From: a virus
Reading direction: 5' to 3' (one strand)
Virus record (IMG/VR): IMGVR_UViG_3300028654_000015
Location: 1 to 64,000 of that record
Length of the DNA: 64,000 nt
Part shown: positions 17,488 through 29,290 of the stretch, one piece after another
How the letters are laid out: every line of letters starts with the position of its first letter
How positions within the stretch are numbered: the first letter of the stretch is position 1
Translations under genes and position numbers: made by a program
Notes under the pieces: model-generated
Told to the model about the DNA's origin: nothing
Database searches by the model: none
What the model saw: the letters and a program-made list of their open reading frames with translations, nothing else

Positions 17488-19146
17488 ATGGTTGCGATAA
17501 TTACAGAACAATTTAGACTAAATCAAGCAAAAGATTTTCTAGATAATTTTACTGATGTTAGTAAAAATCTATACTTCTTTATTGCTAGATCTAGACCCTG
17601 GCCTACAGATATAGTCAATCATATCAATGAAAATTCACCACCTGCACCACAAGATGATGTAAGTGAATTATATGGCATTTGGGACAATATACTTGGATTA
17701 AAAAAGATAGATTCGAGTGATACTACCCTAGTAATTCCAAGATTCAACTGGGATAGTACTGGTAATACAATCTATAAACCATATGATGATCAAGACGCAG
17801 ATCTATTCAATCACCCAACACAAAGTGAAGTATCAGCAGCAAATTTAGGTGGATATACAGCAGGTTCTTTTTTCATCATAACTGATGAATTGAACATTTT
17901 TAAATGCCTTAATAATAACAATGGTGCTAAGAGTACAGTAAAACCAACACTCCCATTAAGTTCTCCTTGGATCGTGTCAACATCTGATGGTTATCAATGG
18001 AAGTTTATGGCTTCTGTTTCACCTGCAAATTCGAATAAATTCTTGTCTGATTTGTGGGTACCTGTTCATACATTAGGTAATGTTCCTACTGATGGTAGCA
18101 CACAATGGTCTGTTGAACAAAGTGCAGTCGATGGGGCAATCGATAATTTTATTATTAATAATGTTGGTTCTGGTTATGCATATGTATTAACTGGTACTTT
18201 AATTGGTGCTGGTTCGAATACTGCATCTTTGCCAGCAGGAGCATCTAGTATTACTGGAGCATATGTTGGGTGTCAGATCTTTATTACAGGAGGAACTGGT
18301 TTTCCTTCTTCTCCTAGAACAATTACTGCATATAATGGTTCCACCAAAATTGCAACACTAGATTCTTCATGGTCTGCTGATAATACTACAACATTTGAAA
18401 TTTGGCCCGGCGTTGTTGTTTCAGGAAATGGAACTGGTGCCACTGCAAAATTGATTATTAACACATCAGGACCGAATGTAGGAAAAATTAAACAAGTATT
18501 GGTAACAAATGCTGGTTCGAATTATACATACGCTACTGCTTCAATAAATGGTGGTGGAGGTGCAGGAGCATCTATCAGACCTGTAGTTTCTCCAAAAGGG
18601 GGAAATGGCAAAGACATCGAAAAAGAACTTGGGGCATTTTTTAATATGTATGATGTCAGACTTCCTTATGATGATGGTTCTGGGGATATTCCACTTTATA
18701 ATGATTATCGTATTATAGGAATAGTTATAGATGTTTTGAATAGTAATTCTACATTAGCAAGCGCATCAACTAGAATTGGAGTGAAATCTCTTAATATTAT
18801 TGGTGAAACTGCTGGTATTGGTGGAGACTTTCAACCAGACGAACTATTAACAGGAGTACTAGGACCAAACACTGCACAAGCAGCAGCAGTTGAATATATT
18901 TCAAGTGGTATAGGAACTGGTTCTTTACGTTTTTGGCAAGATTCTATTACTGGATACAATTCATTTCTAGATGGTATGGTAGTCACTGGTTCTATTAGTG
19001 GTGCAACTGGTACTATTGCTGTATCTGGTGTTGTTGACCGAGAAGTTCTAAAAAATAGTGGAGAAATAATTTATATAGAATATAAAAGACCAATCGTTAG
19101 AGATGCAGGTCAAACAGAAATTCATAAGTGCATCATAGAATTTTAA
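17488..19146 (+). CDS. gp8: baseplate wedge subunit gp8
   Basis: AIITEQFR, FKCLNN, DGYQWKFM, SGEIIYIE..PI.R...QTE..K..IEF. Confidence 0.9.
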   Translation: MVAIITEQFRLNQAKDFLDNFTDVSKNLYFFIARSRPWPTDIVNHINENSPPAPQDDVSELYGIWDNILGLKKIDSSDTTLVIPRFNWDSTGNTIYKPYDDQDADLFNHPTQSEVSAANLGGYTAGSFFIITDELNIFKCLNNNNGAKSTVKPTLPLSSPWIVSTSDGYQWKFMASVSPANSNKFLSDLWVPVHTLGNVPTDGSTQWSVEQSAVDGAIDNFIINNVGSGYAYVLTGTLIGAGSNTASLPAGASSITGAYVGCQIFITGGTGFPSSPRTITAYNGSTKIATLDSSWSADNTTTFEIWPGVVVSGNGTGATAKLIINTSGPNVGKIKQVLVTNAGSNYTYATASINGGGGAGASIRPVVSPKGGNGKDIEKELGAFFNMYDVRLPYDDGSGDIPLYNDYRIIGIVIDVLNSNSTLASASTRIGVKSLNIIGETAGIGGDFQPDELLTGVLGPNTAQAAAVEYISSGIGTGSLRFWQDSITGYNSFLDGMVVTGSISGATGTIAVSGVVDREVLKNSGEIIYIEYKRPIVRDAGQTEIHKCIIEF

Positions 19147-19158
19147 TAAGAAAATAAC

Positions 19159-22100
19159 ATGGCAATTGATCTTTCCCAGCCACCATATAATGACGATTTC
19201 GATGAAACTAAAAAGTTTTATCGAATTCTATTTCGTCCTAGTCGAGCAGTACAAGTACGTGAACTGAATCAACTTCAGTCAATGATTCAAAAACAAATTG
19301 AAAGAATGGGAAATCATATCTTTCAAAATGGAGCACAAGTTCTTCCTGGTAGTGAACAAGGTGTAAAATACATTAACAATAATGGGTGGATCAAAATCCC
19401 AAGAACTGCGAATGCAGATAATGCAACACAACTGCAAACATACTGGATGGGAAAAACAATTAAAAGTACAAGTGGTGCTAGTAATATTACTGCTACTGTA
19501 ATTGGATTTCGTGAACCAGATTCTATAGATGAAGCCAGATTATATATTACATATCTGAGTGCAGATACAATTGACGGTCAAAGTTCTACTTTTTCTGATG
19601 GACAAAACATAACAACTGTAGAAATAACACCAATCACTGCAACCTTAGTTGCTTCTGGTTCGAATGGCTTTATTTCTTCTGTCGTAGTAGAACAAGGTGT
19701 ATATTTCTTCAACGGTGATTTTGTTTTAGTTGATCAACAAACCGTATTTTTAATTCCAGATAATACAGAAGATCAAGCATCTTGGACAAATCAACCTACT
19801 GCATTAGTTGGGTTAGAAATATCAGAAGTAATTATTACAGCACAAGATGATTCTAGTTTGTTTGATAATGCAACTGGTACTCCTAACTTTTCTGCTCCTG
19901 GTGCTGATAGATTAAACATAGATGCAACCTTAATTCAAGCATCATTAAATACTATTGATCCAAATTTTATTGAACTAGTAAAAGTAGTAAATGGTACTGT
20001 ACAACTTCGTGTAAGTGATACAGAATATTCTGTTATTGCAGATACATTAGCAAGAAGAACTTTCGATCAATCAGGTGATTATACTGTTTTACCATTTCAA
20101 GCACAAGTTAAAGATTTCTTAAATGAAAATGGCAATGGTGGGGCTCATATTGAAAAAGAATTTTACTATCCCACTCAAGCAGCAGCACAGCAAGCATCTA
20201 TAGATATATTTGAAATTTCTTCTCCTGGCGAAGGATCTTTACATCCTACTGTTGCAGGTGCATGGATACCAGCAGCATCTTATGATGAATTTCTTGCAAA
20301 CTGTCGTGCAAAATTATCTATAGTAATTGATCCAGGTAAAGCATACGTAAAGGGTTATGAAATTTCAAAAATTGCTACTAATATAGTAGATATTGATAGA
20401 GCCCGTTCATTAAAGTTCAAAAATAATCAAACAATTTTTACACCACTTGGTACATTCATTTATACCGATGATATGTTTGGTACACCAGATCTATTAAATT
20501 ATGATCTTATTGAATTGCATTCAGATCCAGTTGTTACTAACGGTGTAAGTCCTAATGCAAAGATTGGTAGTGCAAGAATTCTTAGTGTACAATTTTTTAA
20601 TGGATTAAATGGGACCGCATCTGGCATTTATCAACTGTTTCTATTTGATATTGAAATGGATTCTACGCATGATTTCTCTGCTGTAAAAGGAATATATGCA
20701 GGGAGTCCTACATTTACTTGCAATCCAGTACTATCTACGTTTCAATTAACTGGTAGTGTTGCATCTGGTACAAATCAATTGGTTGGTACTGGTACTTCAT
20801 GGAGAAATGATCAAACACAAAGATTATCTCTTGGTGATTGGGTACAAGTTGGTCTTGGGGCAGCCTCAAAATATTATAAAGTAACACAAGACCCAGATAC
20901 AGATAATATTTTAAAAGTAAGTCCGAATCCAGCAACAGATAGTCACACATGGGTAGATGGTGCTGTAATATCGTATCTGTCTATATCATTACAAAGCAAT
21001 AGTCCCGATCCTTCTCTATTGTTCAAATTGCCAGACGAATATGTATATACTGTTCGTGGTAGTGATCAAGATATTGTTAACCCATCAGATATTGAAACTG
21101 TATATATTTCTAAGAGAGTTATTGCAGATGGTAATCCTCCAAATTCTACTTCTGATGGTGGAGGAGATCTTAATTTCACATTAACAGATCCTAATGAAGA
21201 ATTTCAAGCATTCTCTACAGAAGATTATGTTGTCATTAGAGAAGATACCGGAGACTGGATTGAATTACTACCATATGTTTCTGGTACACCGGGAGCAGGA
21301 CAAGCAGAAGTTAGACCTGTAGGAAACACACTTACAATTTATACAGGCGTACCTGGTGTAAATTTTTATGTTGTTGCATCTATTATCAGAGATGGCGGTT
21401 TTGCAGGAAAAGAAAAAGCAAAAACATTGATCAAAGGTTCTTTCGATAATACTGGTACCTACAATGGTTCATATGTAGAAACAGCAAGTTCAGATGTTAC
21501 CTTAATATCATTGGGAAAAGCAGATGTACTAAGAATCACTCGTGTTGTTATGTCGCCTGATTATACTACATCACCTAGCAACCAACTAACATTACCTTCT
21601 GGTCATGTTGATATTACTGGCGCATATACATTAGATAGTGGACAACGAGATTATTATTATGATATAGGTTCTGCTATTCTAAGACAAGGCAACACAAGAC
21701 CACAAGGAAAAATTAGAGTTGAATTTGATTATTTTCAGCATGGTAATACTGGAAATTATTTCTCTGTAGATTCATATCCATTTCAAGGTGGTGGGGCAAA
21801 TATGAACTATGAAGAAATTCCTGTATTTTCTTCATCAAATGGTATTCAATATCCATTAGCAAGTTGTATTGATTTTCGTCCAAGAGTAAATGAACCAGGA
21901 GGAATACAAAGTGGATTTTCTACATACTTAGAACCACCACGAGATAATTTCAGAGCAGATTATCATTTCTATCAAGCAAGAATTGATAAATTATATTTGG
22001 ACAAAACTGGTGTATTTGCTACGAATAAAGGAACACCAGATCAAAATCCTCAAACTCCTACAGAACCAGCAACAGGAATGACAACTCATATTTTAACATT

Positions 22101-25100
22101 GAGTCCATATACTGCTTCCCCTGCTGCATGTAATATTTCTCTGGTGAATAATAGACGTTATACAATGAGAGATATTGGTAAGTTAGAAAATAGAATTTCT
22201 AATTTAGAATTCTATACTTCTTTATCTTTACTAGAAAAGAATACAAATGATCTTTTCATACCAAATGCACTTGGACAAAATAAAACAAAACAAGGGTTTC
22301 TTGTTGATAACTTTAGTACATTTGATGTTGCTGATCTGACTAATCCAGATTATCATGCAGCAATAGATACAACTAATAAAGAAATGAGACCAATGATCTA
22401 TCAATCAAATGTAGAATTGATTGAAAAGAATTCTTTGATTTCTAATCCTTTATCATTAATAACTGCAAGAACAAGTTCACATTATCAAGCAACAGGTGAA
22501 ATTTTTACTTTACCATATACACAAGTTGTAATGGCAGAGCAAGTATTGGCAAGTAAAGTTTCTAACATTAATCCGTATGATGTATTTACATATTCTGGAT
22601 CCATTAAATTAGATCCATGGAGTGATGAATGGATTGATACCACACAATTACTACCAGTGAATGTTCAAGATTCTGGTGCATATGATGCAATCGCTGGAAG
22701 TTTTGGTCCAACTGGAACCATGATTAACTACAGTGCCACATTAAATAATTTCGTTGGTCTTGATACAACAAGTACACCAGTAGGACAGACTTCAGTACTT
22801 CAAGCAGGTGGAAAAATAGTAGGTCAAGCAAGACAGAATGGACAAAATTACACAAAAACTGCATCTGGTTTAGTAGTATCAGTTCCACCTGGCTATGCTA
22901 ATTCTGGTTCTTTAGTAAGTGTTGGTGCTAATACTATTACTAGCCAACAGATTCAAACAACTGTAACTGCTAATGTACAGCAAACATCTATAGGTTTACA
23001 ACAATCAATACAAGATTTAGGGTTTACAAATCCAGTAGATTTAGGCGATAAAGTTATTGATACTTCAGTAGCAGCATTTATTCGTTCTAGGGATGTTAAT
23101 TTCACAGGCCAAGCATTAATACCAAATGGTAGAGTATATCCTTTCTTTGATAATGTTGATGTTAGTGCTTATTGTAAGCCAACTGGTGGTAGTTATGGAG
23201 ATCCATTAGTATGTGATAATTTCGGAACTGTATCTGGAATATTTACAATACCAAATGATATCAATACTGGTGTTCGTTTTAAAACTGGTACTAGAACTTT
23301 TAGATTAACAACATCTTCTACAAATCAACAGCAACCTGCACCTGCATCCTGGGCAGATGCACAATATGTTGCACAAGGAACAGTTCAGACAAAACAAGAT
23401 ACAACATATTCTACTAGAGCATATACAATTGATAGTAAGATTGTAACTCAAACTGGAAATACTGTTGCATTATCTTCTAGTTCCATTACTGGTACTCAAA
23501 CTTCCACACAAGATCCTATTGCAGAAAGTTTCTTCGTTTATGATGATGGTGGTTGTTTTATAACTGATATTGATATATTCTTTTATAAGAGACCGACAGA
23601 CACAAACAAACCAAGACCACCAGTAAAACTACAACTTCGATCTTTAGATGATGGTGGAAATCCATCTATTAATATTCTTCCTTTTGGTGAAGTTATTAAA
23701 CAAGCATATGAGGTAGTAACAAACGTAATAGATCTCACTCAAGGTACATTAACGATTGCTGGTAATGCAGTAAATGGTACTGTTGGTGTCGATGCTGGTC
23801 CATGGACGTCTTCAACTTCTGTTAAAGATTCAGATGGAAAAGAAATATCTGTTCATAATGCATCTGATAGAACTATTACAGAAAATACACCATTATCATT
23901 AAGTACAACACCTACTGATGATATGATACCCACAAGATTCACATTCGATGCTCCCATATATCTAGAACAAAATACAAGTTATTGTTTTGTATTAATTTCT
24001 GATAGCAGTGATTACAATGTATGGGTAGCACAATCTGGTCCAGATGTTACTGGTAGAGATGGAGTAGATACATTTAGAGATGCTGGTGCAGTTAATACTA
24101 ATATAGGTACAAATAATCCTATAACAAAAGATCCATATATTGCTGGTGTATATTTCAAATCTCAAAATTCAATCTCATGGACAGCAGATCAAACAATAGA
24201 TATTAAATTTGCAATACATAAAGCAGCATTTGATACCTCTATTAATGGAGAAATTGATTTTATAAATGAAGTTCTACCAACAAGAACTTTAACATTAGAC
24301 CCTCTACAAACATTGAGTGGTTCTTCTTTAGTTCGTGTTTATCATCCTTCACATGGTATGGTTGTTAGTACACCTCCTACTATGGTAGTATTCTCTGGTA
24401 TAACTGGTGGGAACGGAATAACTTTAGGTAATTTGAATAGTACTTCTGGTTTACCAATCGTAGCGGCAGAAATGGATTACTATGTCGTGAATGCTGGTGC
24501 TAATGCATCATCTTCTGGTCATACTGGTGGTAATGCAGTAACAGCAACAGAAAACAAAAGATTCGAAGAATTTATATTTTTAACAACACCATTAGTATTA
24601 CCAAATACAAATGTAGGATGGAATACACAATTAACTGAAAGTGCTGGTGTTAATGATGACTTTAATACTCCATATGTGGTAGAACAAAGAGTAAATACTG
24701 TACCAAATACAAAAATCATTCTTAGTAAACCTGCACAAGTATCTTCCTCAATTAATGAACAAAGACCCACAGATATTCCTACAGGACCATCTCAAGTAAC
24801 ATCTGTTGGACTTGGTGATAATCGTTCTCTTCAATTAAGAGCAGTATTATCTAGTTCTAATGTAAACCTATCACCAGTAATTGATACATCTAGATTTAGT
24901 ATGGTATTAACAGATAATCGATTGGACAATCCTGGTGGATTATCTAGCGATTCGCACAATATTAATTCTACGTTTGATATTTTTGCATGTCTACCTAGTA
25001 CAGATGCACCATCAGTTATAGCAAGTTATCTCGCAAGCAAAATATTTTTCAGCACATCTACTGGAATATTAACTGGCACTGCATTTTCAAATTCTAGTAC

Positions 25101-25962
25101 AACTGTCACTGGTGTTGGTAGTAGATTCTTGGCGGAATTAAATGTTGGTGATACTATTAAAGATCCTATCACAGGAGAAGAAAGAACAGTTGTAGAAGTT
25201 ATAAGCAATACGTCTTTAACAACTGATATCGCATTTAGTTCACTAGCATCTAGTACATTATTGGTAAATCCTCCACCATTAAAAATCAAAACAGCAGATT
25301 CTAATATTGCTATTCATTTGAGTAAATTAAATGTTGGTAAACTTGCAACATTAACTGGTGCAACTGGTGATAGAAACTTTACAGATGTTGTTATATTAGA
25401 TGTATCATATACACCATCTAATACAACACCAGATTCAGATCTACCATCATCTAATCCATCTTTATGTTCTATTACTTTTGATTATCGTCCGACTCATGCA
25501 GCAGGACTAGATACTTCTACCTCTATGGCCCTAACTCAGAAAGATCATTTCATTGATGAAATCTCACCTATAGGTGGAAGTTGTTCTGCAAAATATATAG
25601 CACAACCAATTATACTTGCTAGTCCAGCAAATTCTTTGAAAGTATTATTTGATGCTAATAGAGATGTTACAAATGAAATTGATGTATATTACAAATTAGT
25701 ACCACCAAATAGTAATGCAGCATCTATTACAAATTCAAATTGGACTCTTGCACAGTATAATTTAGATCCTGATGGTTCTGGTAATTTGCAAGATTTTACT
25801 CCTTCTCCAAATGCAAATTATTCTGATTTTAGTTCATATGAAGTGAATGTTTTGAATTTACCTAGTTTCATTGGTGCACAAATAAAAATTGTATTGAGAG
25901 GTGGAAACCCTGCAACTCCTCCAAGAATAAAGAACTTCCAATTAATTACATTGGAGGAATAA
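19159..25962 (+). CDS. large virion structural protein (VrlC/DUF4815-like)
   Basis: PYNDDFD..KKFYRILFRP..VQ.RELNQLQS, NRRYTMRDIGKLENRI, QDPIAESF; typical position after gp8. Confidence 0.85.
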   Translation: MAIDLSQPPYNDDFDETKKFYRILFRPSRAVQVRELNQLQSMIQKQIERMGNHIFQNGAQVLPGSEQGVKYINNNGWIKIPRTANADNATQLQTYWMGKTIKSTSGASNITATVIGFREPDSIDEARLYITYLSADTIDGQSSTFSDGQNITTVEITPITATLVASGSNGFISSVVVEQGVYFFNGDFVLVDQQTVFLIPDNTEDQASWTNQPTALVGLEISEVIITAQDDSSLFDNATGTPNFSAPGADRLNIDATLIQASLNTIDPNFIELVKVVNGTVQLRVSDTEYSVIADTLARRTFDQSGDYTVLPFQAQVKDFLNENGNGGAHIEKEFYYPTQAAAQQASIDIFEISSPGEGSLHPTVAGAWIPAASYDEFLANCRAKLSIVIDPGKAYVKGYEISKIATNIVDIDRARSLKFKNNQTIFTPLGTFIYTDDMFGTPDLLNYDLIELHSDPVVTNGVSPNAKIGSARILSVQFFNGLNGTASGIYQLFLFDIEMDSTHDFSAVKGIYAGSPTFTCNPVLSTFQLTGSVASGTNQLVGTGTSWRNDQTQRLSLGDWVQVGLGAASKYYKVTQDPDTDNILKVSPNPATDSHTWVDGAVISYLSISLQSNSPDPSLLFKLPDEYVYTVRGSDQDIVNPSDIETVYISKRVIADGNPPNSTSDGGGDLNFTLTDPNEEFQAFSTEDYVVIREDTGDWIELLPYVSGTPGAGQAEVRPVGNTLTIYTGVPGVNFYVVASIIRDGGFAGKEKAKTLIKGSFDNTGTYNGSYVETASSDVTLISLGKADVLRITRVVMSPDYTTSPSNQLTLPSGHVDITGAYTLDSGQRDYYYDIGSAILRQGNTRPQGKIRVEFDYFQHGNTGNYFSVDSYPFQGGGANMNYEEIPVFSSSNGIQYPLASCIDFRPRVNEPGGIQSGFSTYLEPPRDNFRADYHFYQARIDKLYLDKTGVFATNKGTPDQNPQTPTEPATGMTTHILTLSPYTASPAACNISLVNNRRYTMRDIGKLENRISNLEFYTSLSLLEKNTNDLFIPNALGQNKTKQGFLVDNFSTFDVADLTNPDYHAAIDTTNKEMRPMIYQSNVELIEKNSLISNPLSLITARTSSHYQATGEIFTLPYTQVVMAEQVLASKVSNINPYDVFTYSGSIKLDPWSDEWIDTTQLLPVNVQDSGAYDAIAGSFGPTGTMINYSATLNNFVGLDTTSTPVGQTSVLQAGGKIVGQARQNGQNYTKTASGLVVSVPPGYANSGSLVSVGANTITSQQIQTTVTANVQQTSIGLQQSIQDLGFTNPVDLGDKVIDTSVAAFIRSRDVNFTGQALIPNGRVYPFFDNVDVSAYCKPTGGSYGDPLVCDNFGTVSGIFTIPNDINTGVRFKTGTRTFRLTTSSTNQQQPAPASWADAQYVAQGTVQTKQDTTYSTRAYTIDSKIVTQTGNTVALSSSSITGTQTSTQDPIAESFFVYDDGGCFITDIDIFFYKRPTDTNKPRPPVKLQLRSLDDGGNPSINILPFGEVIKQAYEVVTNVIDLTQGTLTIAGNAVNGTVGVDAGPWTSSTSVKDSDGKEISVHNASDRTITENTPLSLSTTPTDDMIPTRFTFDAPIYLEQNTSYCFVLISDSSDYNVWVAQSGPDVTGRDGVDTFRDAGAVNTNIGTNNPITKDPYIAGVYFKSQNSISWTADQTIDIKFAIHKAAFDTSINGEIDFINEVLPTRTLTLDPLQTLSGSSLVRVYHPSHGMVVSTPPTMVVFSGITGGNGITLGNLNSTSGLPIVAAEMDYYVVNAGANASSSGHTGGNAVTATENKRFEEFIFLTTPLVLPNTNVGWNTQLTESAGVNDDFNTPYVVEQRVNTVPNTKIILSKPAQVSSSINEQRPTDIPTGPSQVTSVGLGDNRSLQLRAVLSSSNVNLSPVIDTSRFSMVLTDNRLDNPGGLSSDSHNINSTFDIFACLPSTDAPSVIASYLASKIFFSTSTGILTGTAFSNSSTTVTGVGSRFLAELNVGDTIKDPITGEERTVVEVISNTSLTTDIAFSSLASSTLLVNPPPLKIKTADSNIAIHLSKLNVGKLATLTGATGDRNFTDVVILDVSYTPSNTTPDSDLPSSNPSLCSITFDYRPTHAAGLDTSTSMALTQKDHFIDEISPIGGSCSAKYIAQPIILASPANSLKVLFDANRDVTNEIDVYYKLVPPNSNAASITNSNWTLAQYNLDPDGSGNLQDFTPSPNANYSDFSSYEVNVLNLPSFIGAQIKIVLRGGNPATPPRIKNFQLITLEE

Positions 25963-26207
25963 TGAAAAAATTTATTCCTGTAGAAAATCATACTGGATTG
26001 TTTAGAGATTCTAAAAGCAAAGCCATCATCAATTTCAATGAAGAGAAAAAGGCAATAAAAGATAAAGTTAAAACTTTAACTAGACTAAAACTAGAAGCAG
26101 AAAAGGTCAAAAATGACCGAATAAATACAATAGACGAACGAGTATCCAATTTAGAAGATAAGATAGATAAAATTTTAGAAATATTAACAAAAAATGTCAC
26201 TGATTAA
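25962..26207 (+). CDS. small coiled-coil protein conserved after VrlC-like genes
   Basis: VE.H.GLFRD..SKAIIN motif plus coiled coil. Confidence 0.65.
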   Translation: MKKFIPVENHTGLFRDSKSKAIINFNEEKKAIKDKVKTLTRLKLEAEKVKNDRINTIDERVSNLEDKIDKILEILTKNVTD

Positions 26208-26394
26208 CGTACCAGACACATATAGTTTTGATTTATGGAGATTGGCAGAGAATCTAATTGCTCAATATGAAGGCGATTTGACTTTACTTAATACTGTTAT
26301 TAAAACAGATCTAGTATCTGCAATTAATGAAGTAAATGGTAATGTATCGAATCTAGGAAAAAGTGTTCTCGTATTAGCAATAGCAATGGCTTAA
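26194..26394 (+). CDS. short fibre-anchor-like structural protein
   Basis: V..T.SFD.WR N-terminus and TDLVSAINEV motif. Confidence 0.55.
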   Translation: MSLINVPDTYSFDLWRLAENLIAQYEGDLTLLNTVIKTDLVSAINEVNGNVSNLGKSVLVLAIAMA

Positions 26395-26407
26395 AGGATA
26401 GAAAGAT

Positions 26408-26746
26408 ATGGCAAATGTTTTTAAAAATGCAATAGTACCAAACGTAGGAAATACTTGGACAGCAGCATATACTGCTCCCGCAGGCAAAGCATCATACATG
26501 ATACAATTAGATATTGCATGTACTGGTAATACTGGTGTTCAGGTTTCTGTTCGTGTATTTGATTTTTCTACTTCACAATATGCATATATTGTAAGATATG
26601 CACCAGTACCAGAAGGAAGTTCAATTCAAATAATTGATGGACAAAAGATTGTATTAGAAGCACAAGATTCTGTTGAAATTATGTGTGAAAGTGCTGGACA
26701 ATTTGTTGATGCAGTTGGAAGTTTAATTGAAGATATAAATTCATAA
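26408..26746 (+). CDS. virion structural/fibre-associated protein
   Basis: MANVFKN..YTAPAG..KIVLEAQD family pattern. Confidence 0.6.
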   Translation: MANVFKNAIVPNVGNTWTAAYTAPAGKASYMIQLDIACTGNTGVQVSVRVFDFSTSQYAYIVRYAPVPEGSSIQIIDGQKIVLEAQDSVEIMCESAGQFVDAVGSLIEDINS

Positions 26747-26757
26747 AGAGATAATTC

Positions 26758-29277
26758 ATGGCGTACCTTGGCAACGCAGTTACACAACTTATTTACGCCG
26801 CGAATCATCGTGACGATATAACACCAGATGGTGTATCGTCTTCTTTTTCTCTTTCTCAACAAGTACCTGGTGGTTATGAAGAAAATGTAACAGTTTTTAG
26901 ACGTAGATATTTAAAAGATATTTTAGTTGAAAATTCAAATCAACTTTCTATTAATGGATCTCTTTCTCAATTAAGTTGTTCTAATGCATCAATAGCAGCA
27001 GCCCTATCAATTGTACAACCTCCTATAACTGGTGTGCAACCAGCAGACAATATCATATTATCTGGATGTACAAATTCTGGTAATAATTCTGTATTTCCTA
27101 TTCTTGCGAATGGTGTTGTATATAATGGTTCTACTATAACTATATCATTAGATGGTGCCTTAATTACTGAGAGTGGTGGGTCAATAACAGTAACGAGAGG
27201 ATATCTAGGCTTTTGGGAAGTTTTAAATCCAGGTATTGAATATACAATTGGTGGTGCAATAAACACTGCAAATTATAATAAAATAATTACATTATCAGAA
27301 GTACCACAAATAGATGATGAGTTATATGTAATTCATCGTGCAGATGCTACATATAATTTCGTACCAACTGCAAAAAGTGTTGGGCCTGATCAACTACAAG
27401 ACAATTTACGAAATTTTAATTGTGATCGTTTTACTGGAAATGGTTCTACTGTTACATATACTTTGTCTGAAGATGCAGTTTCTTCTAAAGCATTAATGGT
27501 GACTGTAAATGGAGTCCAGAGTGACGGTGATGATACGGATGCATCATTCGTTGGAGATTGGCAATTAAATAATGACAATATTTCTATTACATTTCATTCT
27601 GCTCCAGCAAATCTTGCAAAAATTCGTGTATTAAATCTTGGCTTTTCTACAATTAGTAGACGTGCAACACTATCACCAGGTCAAGTTGGTTCTATTGCCC
27701 CGCATTCTATTACTTCACTACAACTTGCAAGCAATTGCGTTCTTGCTGCAAATTTAAATCCTAGTTCTGTAACTAATAATGCACTAGGACCAAATTCTGT
27801 TTCTGGTTCCAAAATTCTTCTTAATAATAACGAAGGATTGAATTGGTTACAATTAGACAATAGTACAGTACAACCAGTATTACAATTAACAAATTCAAAT
27901 AATACATATTTGTATAGTCCTGGTTATATTAGACTATACGGAATAGGTAGCATCAATCTTGCGTTGGGTGGTGGTGATGTTTTAGTTCTTCAATCGAATC
28001 AATTGAGTCCTTCAGTTCCCAATGTAATAGATTTGGGTGCTACTTCTCATGAATTTAAAGATCTACATCTAACAGGACAAGTAAATGCAAATACACTCAA
28101 TACTATAAGTGATGCATCAGTTGGAGGAAATTTAAGTGTAACTGGTACAATCAATAGTGTTAATATTTCAAATTTAAATACACAAGTGCAGCAACTCTTA
28201 CCAGCAGGATCCATTGTTATGACTGGTGCTTCTTCTGCTCCTACTGGTTGGTTATTGTGTGATGCTGGTGTATATGCTCAAGCAACATATCCTGCATTAT
28301 ATACTGCAATAGGTTCAACCTATAATATAGGCGGGGAAGGTGCTGGTAATTTTAGGGTGCCTGATTTTAGACAAAGATTTGCATTAGGTAAAGCAAGTTC
28401 TGGTACTGGTAGCACACTTGGTCAAGTAGGTGGCGCAATAGATCATACACATACATCTGCCGCACATACACATGATTTATCAAATCATTTTCATAATTTA
28501 CCTGCTCACTATCATGGTATGGGTTCTGGCGCAGATTTAAATATTATAAGTTCTGGTACGCATAATACAAATATAGATATTTCACACGGTCATACTGCTG
28601 GTAGTGGTACCAATACTACTAGTACATCGAGTACTGGTTTGCATGGTGGTATAAGTGGAAATGTAAAAACAGACTTTGTAACAACTACTATGACAGATCC
28701 TAGTCATGCTCATACCGTAGGCGATACAGGACATGCTCACGGAGTGAACGATAGTGGACATGCACACGGAATATTAGGAAGAGATAGTGGATCAACTGCT
28801 TCAACTGCTAGATTTAATCATTCAGTTTCTAGTTCTTCTGCTAGTGATAATACAATTCTATCGAATGGTTCTACTACTGGGATTAGTATACAATCTAGTA
28901 CTACTGGAGTGACAGTACAAAGTCATACTACCGGAATTACACTATCAAGTAGCGATCAATTGAATTTAGATCCTGCCCAAGGGCCTGCCGCCTCTGTACA
29001 ACATAGACATACAATTAATATGACAGATCCTGGACATTTTCATCCAGTATTCGTTGATGCTTTAGGTTCTACTATAAAAACTGATACAAGTGGAGTGCAT
29101 TTACATTCTTCTGGTAGTTTCTCTGGTAGTATTGGCAATGTAAGTTCTGGTAATGACGGAAATTCTACAATATTATCTGGCACCCCATCAACTAATTCAA
29201 CAGGTAGTGGAGGTGCAGCCGCAACCACTTCAAATAATCCTCCATTTTTGGTTGTCAATTATATAATAAAGACATAA
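26758..29277 (+). CDS. tail fibre with tail-collar domain and His-x-His needle (gp12-like)
   Basis: PAGSIVM..APTGWLLCD..YPALYTAIG..FRVPDFRQRF; 11 HxH motifs; NPPFLVVNYIIKT end. Confidence 0.85.
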   Translation: MAYLGNAVTQLIYAANHRDDITPDGVSSSFSLSQQVPGGYEENVTVFRRRYLKDILVENSNQLSINGSLSQLSCSNASIAAALSIVQPPITGVQPADNIILSGCTNSGNNSVFPILANGVVYNGSTITISLDGALITESGGSITVTRGYLGFWEVLNPGIEYTIGGAINTANYNKIITLSEVPQIDDELYVIHRADATYNFVPTAKSVGPDQLQDNLRNFNCDRFTGNGSTVTYTLSEDAVSSKALMVTVNGVQSDGDDTDASFVGDWQLNNDNISITFHSAPANLAKIRVLNLGFSTISRRATLSPGQVGSIAPHSITSLQLASNCVLAANLNPSSVTNNALGPNSVSGSKILLNNNEGLNWLQLDNSTVQPVLQLTNSNNTYLYSPGYIRLYGIGSINLALGGGDVLVLQSNQLSPSVPNVIDLGATSHEFKDLHLTGQVNANTLNTISDASVGGNLSVTGTINSVNISNLNTQVQQLLPAGSIVMTGASSAPTGWLLCDAGVYAQATYPALYTAIGSTYNIGGEGAGNFRVPDFRQRFALGKASSGTGSTLGQVGGAIDHTHTSAAHTHDLSNHFHNLPAHYHGMGSGADLNIISSGTHNTNIDISHGHTAGSGTNTTSTSSTGLHGGISGNVKTDFVTTTMTDPSHAHTVGDTGHAHGVNDSGHAHGILGRDSGSTASTARFNHSVSSSSASDNTILSNGSTTGISIQSSTTGVTVQSHTTGITLSSSDQLNLDPAQGPAASVQHRHTINMTDPGHFHPVFVDALGSTIKTDTSGVHLHSSGSFSGSIGNVSSGNDGNSTILSGTPSTNSTGSGGAAATTSNNPPFLVVNYIIKT

Positions 29278-29290
29278 GTAGGTTTTTGTC

